Shown here: one piece after another, positions 1 through 9,679 of the stretch
Layout: each line of letters opens with the position of its first letter
How positions within the stretch are numbered: the stretch's first letter is position 1
Source of the DNA: an uncultured Candidatus Saccharibacteria bacterium
GTDB lineage: Bacteria; Patescibacteriota; Minisyncoccia; Phycocordibacterales; Zambryskibacteraceae
DNA: 64,000 bases
Reading direction: 5' to 3'
Assembly (NCBI GenBank): GCA_964642835.1
Contig: CAZXQA010000001.1
Coordinates: 202,831-266,830 of the forward strand
Made by a program: the position numbers and the translations under genes
The notes under the pieces: model-generated
The model's database searches: none
Told to the model about the DNA's origin: nothing
Seen by the model: only the letters and a program-made list of their open reading frames with translations

Positions 1-15
1 GGTAACTACTTTGAC

Positions 16-831
16 GTGGTGGAGCAGATCGCGGCGAGAGTCGAGAAGGAGCGTCGCAAGAACGCCCAGCTCGAGAAGGAGATCCAGGCGAACAAGGATA
101 AGTCGAACTTCTTTGCCAACAAGGGCGGTCAGATGCGTCTCGTCGCGCGGCGCATGAGAGATAAGGCCGAGGAGCTTGAAGAGAGTAAGGTCGAGACCCG
201 CAAAGAAGACAAGACCATTCGCCCTTTCACCATCCCGTTCCAGGGAGTGAATGGCGACATCCTCACGGTGAAAGAGTTTAGCGTGCTTAATTTGAAAACG
301 CATAAGCCCGTGAAGCGCAAGGCCACTATTGTCCTTCGCAAGAACCAGCGCCTTCTCCTCAAGGGTCCAAATGGTATCGGCAAGAGCACGCTTCTGGAAA
401 CGCTCGCCGAGGGGAGGGCGCCCGGCCTCCAGATTGCTCCAGGAGTGACGGTTGGCTACTATCGGCAGGACTTCTCAACCCTTAACTTCGAAGACACGGT
501 GCATCAGTCGCTTATGTCAGTCATGCAAAACCCGAACGAAGAGGGGATGCGCTCCGTGGCCGCGGGGTTCCTCATCCACGCTGACGCCATTAAAAGTAAG
601 ATCGGTACGCTCTCTGAAGGACAGAAGGGGCTTGTTGCCTTTGCTCGTCTCGTGCTCCAGAAGCCCGGCCTTCTTATCCTCGACGAGCCGACGAACCATA
701 TCAACTTCCGTCACTTACCCATCATTGCGGAGGCACTCGATCAATACCAAGGAGCGATGGTCATGGTGAGCCACGTGCCGGAGTTCGTCGAGAAGATCCG
801 CATCGACGACGTGCTCGACTTGGAGAAATAA
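16..831 (+). CDS. ABC-F family ATP-binding cassette protein, C-terminal ABC domain (5' end cut by window start)
   Basis: Walker A GPNGIGKST, ABC signature LSEGQKG, Walker B LLILDEPTNHI; preceded by coiled-coil linker typical of ABC-F. Confidence 0.8.
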   Translation: MVEQIAARVEKERRKNAQLEKEIQANKDKSNFFANKGGQMRLVARRMRDKAEELEESKVETRKEDKTIRPFTIPFQGVNGDILTVKEFSVLNLKTHKPVKRKATIVLRKNQRLLLKGPNGIGKSTLLETLAEGRAPGLQIAPGVTVGYYRQDFSTLNFEDTVHQSLMSVMQNPNEEGMRSVAAGFLIHADAIKSKIGTLSEGQKGLVAFARLVLQKPGLLILDEPTNHINFRHLPIIAEALDQYQGAMVMVSHVPEFVEKIRIDDVLDLEK

Positions 832-855
832 AAATACCCCGTGAGGGGTATTTTC
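831..855 (+). terminator. rho-independent terminator after ABC-F gene
   Basis: AAAATACCCC-GTGA-GGGGTATTTT hairpin with T-run directly after stop codon. Confidence 0.6.
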
Positions 856-960
856 GAACCGACTACTTCGCTTTGTCCTTCTTCGGCTTCTTCTTGTTCT
901 TTTGCTGGCGGTTGTTACCTTTGGCCATATATTTAAATTACTTCTATACTTTTATTATAC

Positions 961-1230
961 ATGCCTTTCTTTGTCTACATTCTCGAATGTGCGGATAAAA
1001 CACTCTATATTGGCTCGACAAATGACGTGGAACGCCGTCTTGACCAACACAACAATAAGAAAAGTGGCGCTCACTACACGAAGATCAGGAGACCGGTTGT
1101 GCTCAAGTATCAAGAAAAAGTAACTACTCTAAGTAAAGCCCGCTCTCGAGAAGCGGAATTGAAGCGGATGAAGAGAGGAGAGAAATTAGCGCTATTTACT
1201 TCGAAACGTGGTAGAACTAAGACTTCATGA
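961..1230 (+). CDS. GIY-YIG nuclease superfamily protein
   Basis: [29 protein letters not shown] matches GIY-YIG motif (Y-I-L..G-x-Y-I-G-x-T..R...H). Confidence 0.8.
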   Translation: MPFFVYILECADKTLYIGSTNDVERRLDQHNNKKSGAHYTKIRRPVVLKYQEKVTTLSKARSREAELKRMKRGEKLALFTSKRGRTKTS

Positions 1231-1937
1231 CTATTCAATATCCTATCCGGATCAACAAGTATCTCGCCGAGAAAAAGGAGACAACTCGTCGCGGCGCCGA
1301 TGAGCTTATTAGCCAGGGGCTTGTCTTTGTGAACGGCGAGCCGGCGAAGCTCGGAGACATGATCCAGGAGCATGACTCCGTCGAAGTCCGTTACCGCGCC
1401 GGTAAGAAGAAGGCACTCGTCTACCTGGCTTACAACAAGCCGAGGGGTGTTGTGACGCACTCAGCCGACGAAGGAGATGAAGACATCGCCGACCGTGTGC
1501 CGGTCCCGGGCGTCTTTCCAATCGGTCGCTTGGACAAGGATTCCCACGGCCTTATTCTTCTGACGAATGACGGGCGGGTTACGGAGCGACTTCTTGGCCC
1601 GGGTCATGAACACGAGAAGGAGTACGTCGTCACGACGAAGGACCGTTTGCGCCCCAATTTCAAACAGAAGATGGAGGAAGGTGTTGAGCTCGGCGAAGAG
1701 ACGACTCGTCCAGCCAAGGTAGAGATTTTGGGAGATAAGACCTTTAGGATTATTCTCACCGAAGGCAAGAACCGCCAGATTCGACGAATGTGCGCCGCGC
1801 TTTTCCAAGAAGTGGTCTCACTTCGCCGTGTTCGTATCATGAATATCGAGATCGGGGATCTTAAGGAAGACGCTTGGCGTGAGATTGAAGGTGAGGAACG
1901 CGAAACATTGCTCCGCGCCCTTGGACTTAACGCCTAG
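1227..1937 (+). CDS. pseudouridine synthase, RsuA/RluB family (S4 domain plus catalytic domain)
   Basis: N-terminal S4-like RINKYLA...; catalytic motif [17 protein letters not shown]; start overlaps upstream stop (ATGA). Confidence 0.85.
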   Translation: MTIQYPIRINKYLAEKKETTRRGADELISQGLVFVNGEPAKLGDMIQEHDSVEVRYRAGKKKALVYLAYNKPRGVVTHSADEGDEDIADRVPVPGVFPIGRLDKDSHGLILLTNDGRVTERLLGPGHEHEKEYVVTTKDRLRPNFKQKMEEGVELGEETTRPAKVEILGDKTFRIILTEGKNRQIRRMCAALFQEVVSLRRVRIMNIEIGDLKEDAWREIEGEERETLLRALGLNA

Positions 1938-1961
1938 TGCTCCTGGTGGTATAATTTCTCT

Positions 1962-2447
1962 ATGAATACAAACTTTGCGGAAGCGACTCGGGAGGCTCTT
2001 GAATACATGAGAACTCGCACGTGTGTTGGTATGGTGGCCACGATAGGGGCGCATGCCCAACCGTATCTTTCGCCTGTCTATTACGCCATGGGTAACGACT
2101 TCGAAGTGTACTTCCTCACTGGTAAGAACACTCACAAAGCCGAGAATATCGAGTTAAACAACAAAGTAGCTTTCTCGGTTGGTACAGGGCCGGAATACAT
2201 CAGCGTCATGATCCGTGGTACGGCGAGCATTCCGGGAAGTGAAGAGGAGGAGCGCGCTTTCGCTCGTCTCAAGGATATTTTCGAAAAGAATGACGTGAAG
2301 AATTGGCCTCTCCGTACCCTTGATGATCTCAAGGATCAGAACCTTGTTCTCTACAAGATTACTCCAGAGAAGGTCACCTTCCTCAACATGAACTCCACCG
2401 AAGAGCCTAAGACCCACGCCGACCATCTCTACCACCTCGTCGACTAG
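1962..2447 (+). CDS. pyridoxamine 5'-phosphate oxidase-like FMN-binding split-barrel protein (general stress protein 26-like)
   Basis: size and pattern of PNPOx-like family; no catalytic assignment possible from sequence alone. Confidence 0.55.
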   Translation: MNTNFAEATREALEYMRTRTCVGMVATIGAHAQPYLSPVYYAMGNDFEVYFLTGKNTHKAENIELNNKVAFSVGTGPEYISVMIRGTASIPGSEEEERAFARLKDIFEKNDVKNWPLRTLDDLKDQNLVLYKITPEKVTFLNMNSTEEPKTHADHLYHLVD

Positions 2448-2520
2448 GGGAGACTACTTGACACTTTCTCGTATTTTTTATATTGTATAGAGGTATAGGG
2501 TTATCTCCTCTACGTTACGC

Positions 2521-3786
2521 ATGTATAGACCAGGGTCAAACAACAGCGGACGCGCTTCGAGCGCTCCTCGCGCCGGCGGTAAGCCGTCCTTCAGGGGCGG
2601 TTTTGGTGCTGGCTCACGCGGTGCTCGTCCAGGTGGTCGTGGTGGTGCTCGCCCGGGTCGCAGCCGCTTTGCGGACAAGTCTTTCTCCGACCTTTCTAAA
2701 TTCGTGAATAAAGTTTCTGTCGTCGAAGAGGCCGAAGTCTTTGTCCCCGAACACACCTTCACTGATTTCCTAATCGCCGAGAAGCTCAAACAAAACATTT
2801 TGACGAAGGGCTACACGCTCCCGACGCCGATTCAGGATAAGGTTATCCCGCACATTCTTCGTCGCGAAGATGTCGTGGGTATCGCGAACACAGGTACCGG
2901 TAAGACCGCCGCCTTCCTCATCCCTCTCATCGACAAGGTGCTTCGGGATGGCAATCAGAACGTGCTTATCATGGTCCCGACGCGCGAGCTCGCGGGTCAG
3001 ATTCGCGACGAATTGTCTGGATTCACGAGTGGTATGAGCATCTGGTCGGTGGTATGCGTCGGCGGCACCTCGATCGTGCCTCAGATCAAGGCTTTGCGAC
3101 ACAAGAATCAGTTCGTGATCGGCACGCCTGGTCGCTTGAAGGACCTTATGGAGCAGGGCTACCTTCGTTTGAACGAGTACGGCACTGTGGTCCTCGACGA
3201 AGCGGACCGCATGCTCGACATGGGCTTCATTAACGACGTGAAGATGATGCTCGGGAAGCTTCCGGCTGACCGTCACACCCTCTTCTTCTCCGCGACGACT
3301 ACGCCCGAGATCACAGGCCTCATTTCCAAATTCTTGAAGCAGCCGGTTACCATTTCCGTTAAAACACGCGATACCTCTGGCTCGATCGACCAGGATGTTG
3401 TTCGCGTCGCTCATCACGAAGATAAGATTGGTAAGCTCGCCGATCTGCTTCGCACCGCCGATTTCTCGAAGGTGCTCGTCTTCGGCAAGACCAAACACGG
3501 CGTCGAGAAGCTCGCTAAGGCTCTCACTACCATGGGTCTGCGTGCCGAATCCATTCACGGGAACAAAAATTTCAATAAACGCCAACAGGCTTTGAGTCAG
3601 TTTAAAGATAACAAGGTGAAGATCCTCGTGGCGACCGACGTCGCCGCGCGCGGTCTCGACATTGCCGACGTCTCTCACGTTATTAACTTCGATTTGCCAG
3701 CTACGTACGAAGACTACATTCACCGCATCGGCCGCACTGGCCGCGGGGGCAAGAAGGGCAACGCTCTCACGTTTGTCCAAGGTTAA
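2521..3786 (+). CDS. DEAD-box ATP-dependent RNA helicase with N-terminal Arg/Gly-rich extension
   Basis: Q-motif, Walker A NTGTGKTAAF, DEAD box VVLDEADRMLDMGF, SAT, HRIGRTGRGG motif VI. Confidence 0.9.
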   Translation: MYRPGSNNSGRASSAPRAGGKPSFRGGFGAGSRGARPGGRGGARPGRSRFADKSFSDLSKFVNKVSVVEEAEVFVPEHTFTDFLIAEKLKQNILTKGYTLPTPIQDKVIPHILRREDVVGIANTGTGKTAAFLIPLIDKVLRDGNQNVLIMVPTRELAGQIRDELSGFTSGMSIWSVVCVGGTSIVPQIKALRHKNQFVIGTPGRLKDLMEQGYLRLNEYGTVVLDEADRMLDMGFINDVKMMLGKLPADRHTLFFSATTTPEITGLISKFLKQPVTISVKTRDTSGSIDQDVVRVAHHEDKIGKLADLLRTADFSKVLVFGKTKHGVEKLAKALTTMGLRAESIHGNKNFNKRQQALSQFKDNKVKILVATDVAARGLDIADVSHVINFDLPATYEDYIHRIGRTGRGGKKGNALTFVQG

Positions 3787-3850
3787 TCCCCTAGGTGAGG
3801 GTGGCTTTATTTTTCTCTGTGAGTAGGGGATAATACGAAGATTCAACTAT

Positions 3851-4738
3851 ATGAATATGAAAAACAACAAGAACGTGTGGGTCATTGCAGGCGCGATTGT
3901 AACGATTCTCGTGATCTGGGCCCTTGTGCATGTCTCGAGAAGCTCCCGCACTCTCCTTGGTTCGGCTACGTACTTCTGTGACGCTGGTAAATCGATCGAA
4001 GCAAAGTTCTATAGTGGCAAGGAAATGGAAGCTCCTCTTCCAGGCGAGATGCCTCAGCCTACAGGTACGCTTGATGTCTCTCTTGATAACGGCCCTGTCA
4101 TGAATCTTCGCCAGACGATTTCCGCAGATGGTGTTCGTTATGCCAATAGCGATGAGTCCTTAGTAGTTTGGAGTAAGGGTACGACCGTACTCGTCATGAG
4201 AAATAACACCATGGATCTTGCGTATACCAACTGCGATGCTGCGCGCCTTGCGAACGCGACTTCCACTCCCGCCCAACCTCTTCCCACGACACCTTTGAAA
4301 CCCGCTCCACCCGCTCCTGCTGAACCAGTAGCTTGCACCATGGAAGCAAGAATTTGTCCTGATGGTAGCTATGTGGGTCGCACGGGCCCGAAGTGCGAAT
4401 TTAGTGCTTGCCCAACTATGGTTGGTCAGGTTGATCTGGGCACACTCTCAGTGGGGCAAACGAGAGTTATTAACGGTGTCTCTATCTCCGTCAATAAAGT
4501 AGTCGAAGACAGTCGCTGCCCATCGAACGTTCAGTGTATCCAGGCCGGACGCGCGCTCGTTTCTGTGACCTTGGCAGCTGGAACAGAGGCGAATACAGTG
4601 AACCTTTCTTCTCAGCCGGTAGTACCATATGTCTTCGGAGGCTCGAAGATTTCCCTCATCGAAGTATTGCCTGAGCGTCATGAGACGACGCTTCCCACGC
4701 AATCAAGTTACCGCCTGACCTTCCGAGTCGAGAAATAA
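3851..4738 (+). CDS. membrane-anchored protein with MliC-like (lysozyme inhibitor) domain, Pro-rich linker and Cys-containing C-terminal domain
   Basis: N-terminal TM helix; CDAGKSIEAKFYSG...SADGVRYANSDESLVVWSKG pattern resembles MliC family; rest unassigned. Confidence 0.5.
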   Translation: MNMKNNKNVWVIAGAIVTILVIWALVHVSRSSRTLLGSATYFCDAGKSIEAKFYSGKEMEAPLPGEMPQPTGTLDVSLDNGPVMNLRQTISADGVRYANSDESLVVWSKGTTVLVMRNNTMDLAYTNCDAARLANATSTPAQPLPTTPLKPAPPAPAEPVACTMEARICPDGSYVGRTGPKCEFSACPTMVGQVDLGTLSVGQTRVINGVSISVNKVVEDSRCPSNVQCIQAGRALVSVTLAAGTEANTVNLSSQPVVPYVFGGSKISLIEVLPERHETTLPTQSSYRLTFRVEK

Positions 4739-4740
4739 AC

Positions 4741-4777
4741 AAACAACACTGCCACCAAGAGGTGGCAGTGTTGTTTA
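4741..4777. terminator. bidirectional terminator between convergent genes
   Basis: AACAACACTGCCACC-AAGA-GGTGGCAGTGTTGTT perfect 15-bp hairpin flanked by A-run and T-run. Confidence 0.65.
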
Positions 4778-4806
4778 GAGTGGCGTGCGGTATCAATTAC
4801 TTGATC

Positions 4807-5166
4807 CTAGTGTGCTTCACCGAACTTCATATGGCCGGGGCCGCGAGGACCAAAGGCCCCGAGATCACCTGGTTTATGAGCGGCTCGTTTGTCGGCTTGG
4901 GCTTGGGTGATCTTACCTTCCTTCACGAGAGTGGCGAGATGTTCCTTCATCTTCGCTTCCATTTCGGCACGCCGGGCTTCAAATTCTGCCTTCACAACCG
5001 CTTCCACGTCGGCGGCATTGAGGTTAAATTTGGTGGCGATGGCATTCACAAGGCCCGACATGGGATTCTGCGGTGTCGCGTCGGCTGCGAAGACCGCTGT
5101 CGCACCGGTCGCGGCAAGGCCGAGGCCGACCGCGCCCGCGACGATCATTCTTGTTTTGTTCTTCAT
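4807..5166 (-). CDS. small secreted protein (signal peptide plus helical Ala/Lys/Glu-rich domain), divergent from ECF sigma gene
   Basis: MKNKTRMIVAGAVGLGLAATGATAVFAADA signal peptide; follows bidirectional terminator; strand-consistent spacing. Confidence 0.5.
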   Translation of the reverse strand: MKNKTRMIVAGAVGLGLAATGATAVFAADATPQNPMSGLVNAIATKFNLNAADVEAVVKAEFEARRAEMEAKMKEHLATLVKEGKITQAQADKRAAHKPGDLGAFGPRGPGHMKFGEAH

Positions 5167-5280
5167 CGTGTGTGGTTAACTCATAAGACAGCTAGCCTGT
5201 CATCCAGTTACTACAGCGAGGAAGGGGATTTATTTCATGAAATATTTCGTCTATATCGTTGTAGTAGTATGGAAGTCTTC

Positions 5281-5820
5281 ATGAGCGACCTTACCGACGA
5301 AGAAATCGCGAGACGCGTCAAAGCAGGCGAGACCTACTGGTTCTCGCTTCTTGTCGAGCGTTACGAAGCACGACTCTCGCGGTATGCTCGGAAGTTCCTC
5401 TTCGGGATTGAAGACACTGAGGATTTACTGCAAGAAGTTTTCGTGAAAGCCTTTACCAATATTCAAAGTTTCGACGGCAAGCGTCGCTTCTCACCCTGGA
5501 TCTATCGCATCGCTCACAACGAGTTCGTGAACGCGCTCAAGAAGCGCAAGCATGAGGCGTTGCCGTTCTTTGATCTTGATACGATCTTTCCTCATCCGGA
5601 GCCGGAAGAAGTTTCCCGCGAGGACTTGCGACCGATGCTCGAGCAAGCTCTCGACCGGATTGACGCCAAGTATCGCGAGCCCTTGGTGTTGTATTATTAC
5701 GAAAATTTAGAATACAAAGAGATTGCCGACGTGCTTCGCATCCCCATTTCCACGGTGGGAGTAAGGATTAAGCGAGGACGCGAGGCGCTCAAGAAAATAG
5801 TGACCACCGACCATGATTGA
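5281..5820 (+). CDS. RNA polymerase sigma-70 family ECF sigma factor
   Basis: region 2 (FSPWIYRIAHNEFVNALKKRK) and region 4 HTH (LEYKEIADVLRIPISTVGVRIKRGREALKK); the long upstream ORF extension looks non-coding, ATG at 5281 (or 5269). Confidence 0.85.
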   Translation: MSDLTDEEIARRVKAGETYWFSLLVERYEARLSRYARKFLFGIEDTEDLLQEVFVKAFTNIQSFDGKRRFSPWIYRIAHNEFVNALKKRKHEALPFFDLDTIFPHPEPEEVSREDLRPMLEQALDRIDAKYREPLVLYYYENLEYKEIADVLRIPISTVGVRIKRGREALKKIVTTDHD

Positions 5821-6265
5821 ACACCATCACATCGAAGAGAAGATTTCGGAAGCCATTAAGGCGGGGGAGCTCAAGATGCGTCCGCGCTGGCACTTTGTCG
5901 TGAAGGCGATACTCGCGGTCTGGGCCTTCTTCGTGGCTGTCTTTGTCGTTCTCTATCTTACGAGCTTCCTCTTCTTTTCGCGCTCCTTACCGATCATGCT
6001 TCTCCTTATTCTCATCGCGTTCGTGGCGGCCTTTGAAGTTCTCTTGCGCCAGTACCAGTTCGGTTACGGGAAGCCTCTGGCCTATACCTTGGGGGGCGTT
6101 ATCATCCTTGCCTTGTGCGTCGCGGCTTTTCTCCAGAGTTTGCGAGCTCATGAGCGTCTCTATGACTTCGTCGAGCGTCGTCAGATCCCCGTGGCGGAGC
6201 CTTTCTATAGACACTTTAGCCCGCCTCCTCGGCCGGGAGTCGAGCGCGTCATCTTTATCCGCTAA
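5813..6265 (+). CDS. putative anti-sigma factor / membrane protein co-transcribed with ECF sigma
   Basis: start overlaps sigma stop (ATGA); short cytoplasmic N-terminus then 3-4 TM helices; function inferred from gene order only. Confidence 0.45.
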   Translation: MIEHHHIEEKISEAIKAGELKMRPRWHFVVKAILAVWAFFVAVFVVLYLTSFLFFSRSLPIMLLLILIAFVAAFEVLLRQYQFGYGKPLAYTLGGVIILALCVAAFLQSLRAHERLYDFVERRQIPVAEPFYRHFSPPPRPGVERVIFIR

Positions 6266-6314
6266 GTAAGTCCACCCTGCATTCCTGCGTCTTATCTGCT
6301 ATTATAGCCCGGCT

Positions 6315-7085
6315 ATGACAGCGATTATCGAAACAAAGGATTTGCGAAAGGTCTTCAAGCGCGGGCGTGGCCAAGGCGCTACGGACGTTGTTGCTGTAAA
6401 AGGTACCAGTATTACCGTCGAACGCGGCGAGATCTTCGGCTTCCTAGGCCCCAACGGCGCCGGTAAGACGACGACCATGCGCATGCTCTCCACTCTCCTT
6501 ACTCCCACCTCCGGAGAGGTGAAAATTGCTGGACTCGATTTGAACGACGGAGCCGAAGAAATTCGCCGCAAGATCGGCTATGTCTCTCAGGTCGGTGGCA
6601 TGATTCGCGATGCCTCGGGTCGCGAGAATCTTATCCTCCAAGGTCGTCTCTTCGGGATGAGTGAGCAGGAGGCGAGCGAGCGCGCCAATGAACTCTTGAA
6701 CCTCTTCGACCTCACGGCCTACGCGGATCGCCCTACTTCGACGTACTCGGGTGGTCAGCGCCGCATCTTCGACCTCGCTTCAGGCATCGTGCACCGCCCC
6801 GAGCTTCTCTTCCTTGATGAGCCGTCTACTGGGCTCGATCCGCAGAACCGCGCTCATGTGTGGGAGCAGGTACGCAAATTGCACGCAGAAGGGACGACCG
6901 TCTTTCTCACCACCCACTACCTCGACGAAGCGGACGCGCTCTGCAACCGCATTGCCGTCATGGACAAGGGCGAGATTCTCGAAGCTGGCACACCGGATGT
7001 GTTGAAGGAGAAGTACGGCGCGAAGACGCTTGATGAAGTGTTTCTAAAGATTACCGGACACATTTTGTGGAACCCGGGAGCATAA
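6315..7085 (+). CDS. ABC transporter ATP-binding protein (ABC-2/DrrA-like exporter ATPase)
   Basis: Walker A GPNGAGKTT, signature YSGGQRR, Walker B LLFLDEPSTGLD, H-loop. Confidence 0.85.
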   Translation: MTAIIETKDLRKVFKRGRGQGATDVVAVKGTSITVERGEIFGFLGPNGAGKTTTMRMLSTLLTPTSGEVKIAGLDLNDGAEEIRRKIGYVSQVGGMIRDASGRENLILQGRLFGMSEQEASERANELLNLFDLTAYADRPTSTYSGGQRRIFDLASGIVHRPELLFLDEPSTGLDPQNRAHVWEQVRKLHAEGTTVFLTTHYLDEADALCNRIAVMDKGEILEAGTPDVLKEKYGAKTLDEVFLKITGHILWNPGA

Positions 7086-7091
7086 CCAGAT

Positions 7092-7856
7092 ATGAAAAAA
7101 TTACTGACAGAATCCTGGGTCATCGGCAAAAACGAAATTCTCATTCAGATGAGGAATCCGTTGTGGCTTTTCTTCGGCCTCTTCCAGCCGATCGTCTACC
7201 TCACGCTCTTCTCGCCCTTCCTCTCGGGGATCACGAGTGCGCCTGGCTTCCCGGGTGGCTCGGCTATCCAGTTCTTCGTGCCAGGTCTCCTTATCATGAA
7301 CGTGCTCTTCGGAGCGGGCTTTGCGGGTTTCGGACTTATTAACCAACTTCGCTCCGGCTTTATTGAGCGCATTCGCGTGACGCCGGTCTCGCGCCTCGCC
7401 ATTGTTATCGGTCTTGTCTTACGAAGCCCGCTCGTCACTCTCGTCCAGAGTGCCATCCTTGTAGTGACGGCCATCTTTATGGGTTTGGATTTGAGCTTCT
7501 GGGGCGCGCACATTCTTGTTCTCCTCATGATCCTTATTGGTCTCACCATGGCTTCTATCTCCTACACGATTGCGCTTATCGTGAAGGATGAGGGGACACT
7601 TGCCGCTATGACAAACTTCTTCACCCTGCCCCTGATGCTTCTCTCCGGGATTATGTTGCCGGTCGCCTTCGCGCCAAAGGTGATCCAAAATATCTCTGCC
7701 TTCGACCCCTTCCGTTACGCGGTAGACGCAGCGAGGGCTTTGGTGAACGGAGACCTTGGTAACGATGTTGTCCTTGTAGCTCTTGCCATCTTCGCCGTTC
7801 TTTCCATTCTATCCCTCACTTGGTTTATCCGTTCGATGAAAGATGCGGTAGCATAG
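7092..7856 (+). CDS. ABC-2 type transporter permease
   Basis: six predicted TM helices, adjacent to cognate ATPase. Confidence 0.8.
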   Translation: MKKLLTESWVIGKNEILIQMRNPLWLFFGLFQPIVYLTLFSPFLSGITSAPGFPGGSAIQFFVPGLLIMNVLFGAGFAGFGLINQLRSGFIERIRVTPVSRLAIVIGLVLRSPLVTLVQSAILVVTAIFMGLDLSFWGAHILVLLMILIGLTMASISYTIALIVKDEGTLAAMTNFFTLPLMLLSGIMLPVAFAPKVIQNISAFDPFRYAVDAARALVNGDLGNDVVLVALAIFAVLSILSLTWFIRSMKDAVA

Positions 7857-7880
7857 AGAGGGTAGTCAACAGAATATCTA

Positions 7881-8150
7881 ATGAAATTACATATGGAACA
7901 CTCAACCCACAAAAAGGTATATCGAAGCGATACGAACAAAGTCTTTGCCGGCATTTGCGGCGGTTTGGGAGAATATTTTAACGTCGACCCAGTCATTGTG
8001 CGCCTCGTCTGGCTCGTGATTCTCTTCACTTCAGGCGGGTTTCCTGGCTTGGCGGCTTACGGCTTGGCGATGATTATGATCCCTCGCAAGATAGCACCAG
8101 CACCGGTGCATACTTCTCACACGGAGAAGACAGAGGAGGAAAGCGTCTAA
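7881..8150 (+). CDS. PspC-domain membrane protein
   Basis: VFAGICGGLGEYFNVDPVIVRLVWLV is the PspC domain core. Confidence 0.7.
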   Translation: MKLHMEHSTHKKVYRSDTNKVFAGICGGLGEYFNVDPVIVRLVWLVILFTSGGFPGLAAYGLAMIMIPRKIAPAPVHTSHTEKTEEESV

Positions 8151-9292
8151 AGCGTATCCTTGAGGTATAAACTTTCGTAGAGTCCAAAGAGGACCAGAAC
8201 TCCCAAGGTAAAGAAGATCGCCGGGTATGAAATGGTGTGAATAATCACGCCACCTAAGAGCGCGCCTACAAGGAAGCCAGCTGGACGACCAAGGCGGAAA
8301 ATACTCAAGAAACCGGTTTCCGTCGCGGTGATGCGTTTGAAGAAGTAGACTTCCGTCATGATTTCGATGAGCGCGGCTCCCACTCGAGATATGAACAAAG
8401 CGATGAGCCAAGAAAAGAAGCTGCCATCAAGAAATGGCATAAAGAGGAGAGTTGTTCCCGTAATAAAGAAGCCAATACTCATAATCTCTTTTTCACCATA
8501 GAGTCGATCGGCCAATTCTCCTGCCGGCCACTCAAGGAACACAAAGGGGAGGAGAGCGATGGCCATGATCGTTCCAATCTCGCTCCAGCTGAATCCGGCG
8601 ATGTTAAAGAGATACGGAGGTATGTATACAACCATGACGCCATAGAAGATTTCTAGAATGAAGCGGGCCAGGGTGACGGCGCGGACATTCCTTTTGCGCC
8701 AAAGAGTTTTCCAGGGAAGATGGTGGTTGTCCGGAGTATATTCGAGTATGCTGCGTTTCTTGAATAAGTTCCTAGCAGAAAGCGTGAGAGGAATAAGGAG
8801 GATGAGACCGCCGACGAGATAAACCAGGCGGAAGCCATCGAAAGAAGATAGAAGAGCGACGATGAGTGGTCCAAGGGCGAAGCCAAAATTTAAAAATGTA
8901 TAGTAAATACCACGCAATTCTCCAGTGTATTCATCACTCGTTTTCTCCTCAAGGAAGATATCCAGACACCAGTAAATAAGCACAATAAAGCCTTGGTACG
9001 TAATAAAAGCGAAAGCCAGAGCAAGAGAGTTTGAGGTTGTGGCTAAGGCGAAGATGGAGAGTGCGGTAATGAGGACGCAGGCAAAGAGCATTTTCTCCTT
9101 CCCGAACTTTCTCATGAGGTGAGGCGTGCGAAGGAAAAGGTAGATGTTGAGGGTTGCTCCAACCACGAACAGAAGCGTTACGATCGGACGAGAGAAAAAA
9201 CTTTCTAAGAAACTAGCATTAACATAGACGAGGGTCCCGTAACTCACCGAAATGAGAAGGGTTGAAATAAAGATTGGTAGGAGTTGGAACAT
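8147..9292 (-). CDS. MFS transporter
   Basis: about 12 TM helices, MFS-like loop motifs. Confidence 0.7.
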   Translation of the reverse strand: MFQLLPIFISTLLISVSYGTLVYVNASFLESFFSRPIVTLLFVVGATLNIYLFLRTPHLMRKFGKEKMLFACVLITALSIFALATTSNSLALAFAFITYQGFIVLIYWCLDIFLEEKTSDEYTGELRGIYYTFLNFGFALGPLIVALLSSFDGFRLVYLVGGLILLIPLTLSARNLFKKRSILEYTPDNHHLPWKTLWRKRNVRAVTLARFILEIFYGVMVVYIPPYLFNIAGFSWSEIGTIMAIALLPFVFLEWPAGELADRLYGEKEIMSIGFFITGTTLLFMPFLDGSFFSWLIALFISRVGAALIEIMTEVYFFKRITATETGFLSIFRLGRPAGFLVGALLGGVIIHTISYPAIFFTLGVLVLFGLYESLYLKDTL

Positions 9293-9356
9293 CTATTAAG
9301 TATAACTTGAAATAAAAGCTCCTCCGGCACGAGCTGGGCCGGAGGAGCGGGGATGA

Positions 9357-9590
9357 TTAACAGGCTTGCTCAGCAAGTCTCTGGAGCGGCAGGAGAAATT
9401 TCGGAAGTTCGCGGGCGTGCGCAAGAGCAACTCCAGATGGCCGCAGAATGACGATCCCGTCTTTTAAAGAAACAAACTCTTCTTCCAAGAGCTCACTGAA
9501 GGCCCCTAGGTATTCTGGTGCGGGTTTCTTCTCATCCAACTCTCGGTTGCGGCGGTAAGAAGAGAAGAACTTCGCCCCAGCAAACCTCAT
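9357..9590 (-). CDS. hypothetical small protein
   Basis: ORF only; no recognisable motif. Confidence 0.25.
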   Translation of the reverse strand: MRFAGAKFFSSYRRNRELDEKKPAPEYLGAFSELLEEEFVSLKDGIVILRPSGVALAHARELPKFLLPLQRLAEQAC

Positions 9591-9679
9591 GGGAATAAGG
9601 AAATTCGATTCTTTGACAAAGCCGGTACGCGTGGTAGAAATGAGGGCGGAATGTAACTCTTTCAGAGCCTGGAGGCTAC

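Noticed and set aside
2770-3846. 358-aa minus-strand ORF
   Set aside because: It is entirely antisense to the well-supported DEAD-box helicase gene. It has an Arg/Leu/Val-rich composition typical of shadow ORFs in GC-rich coding DNA.
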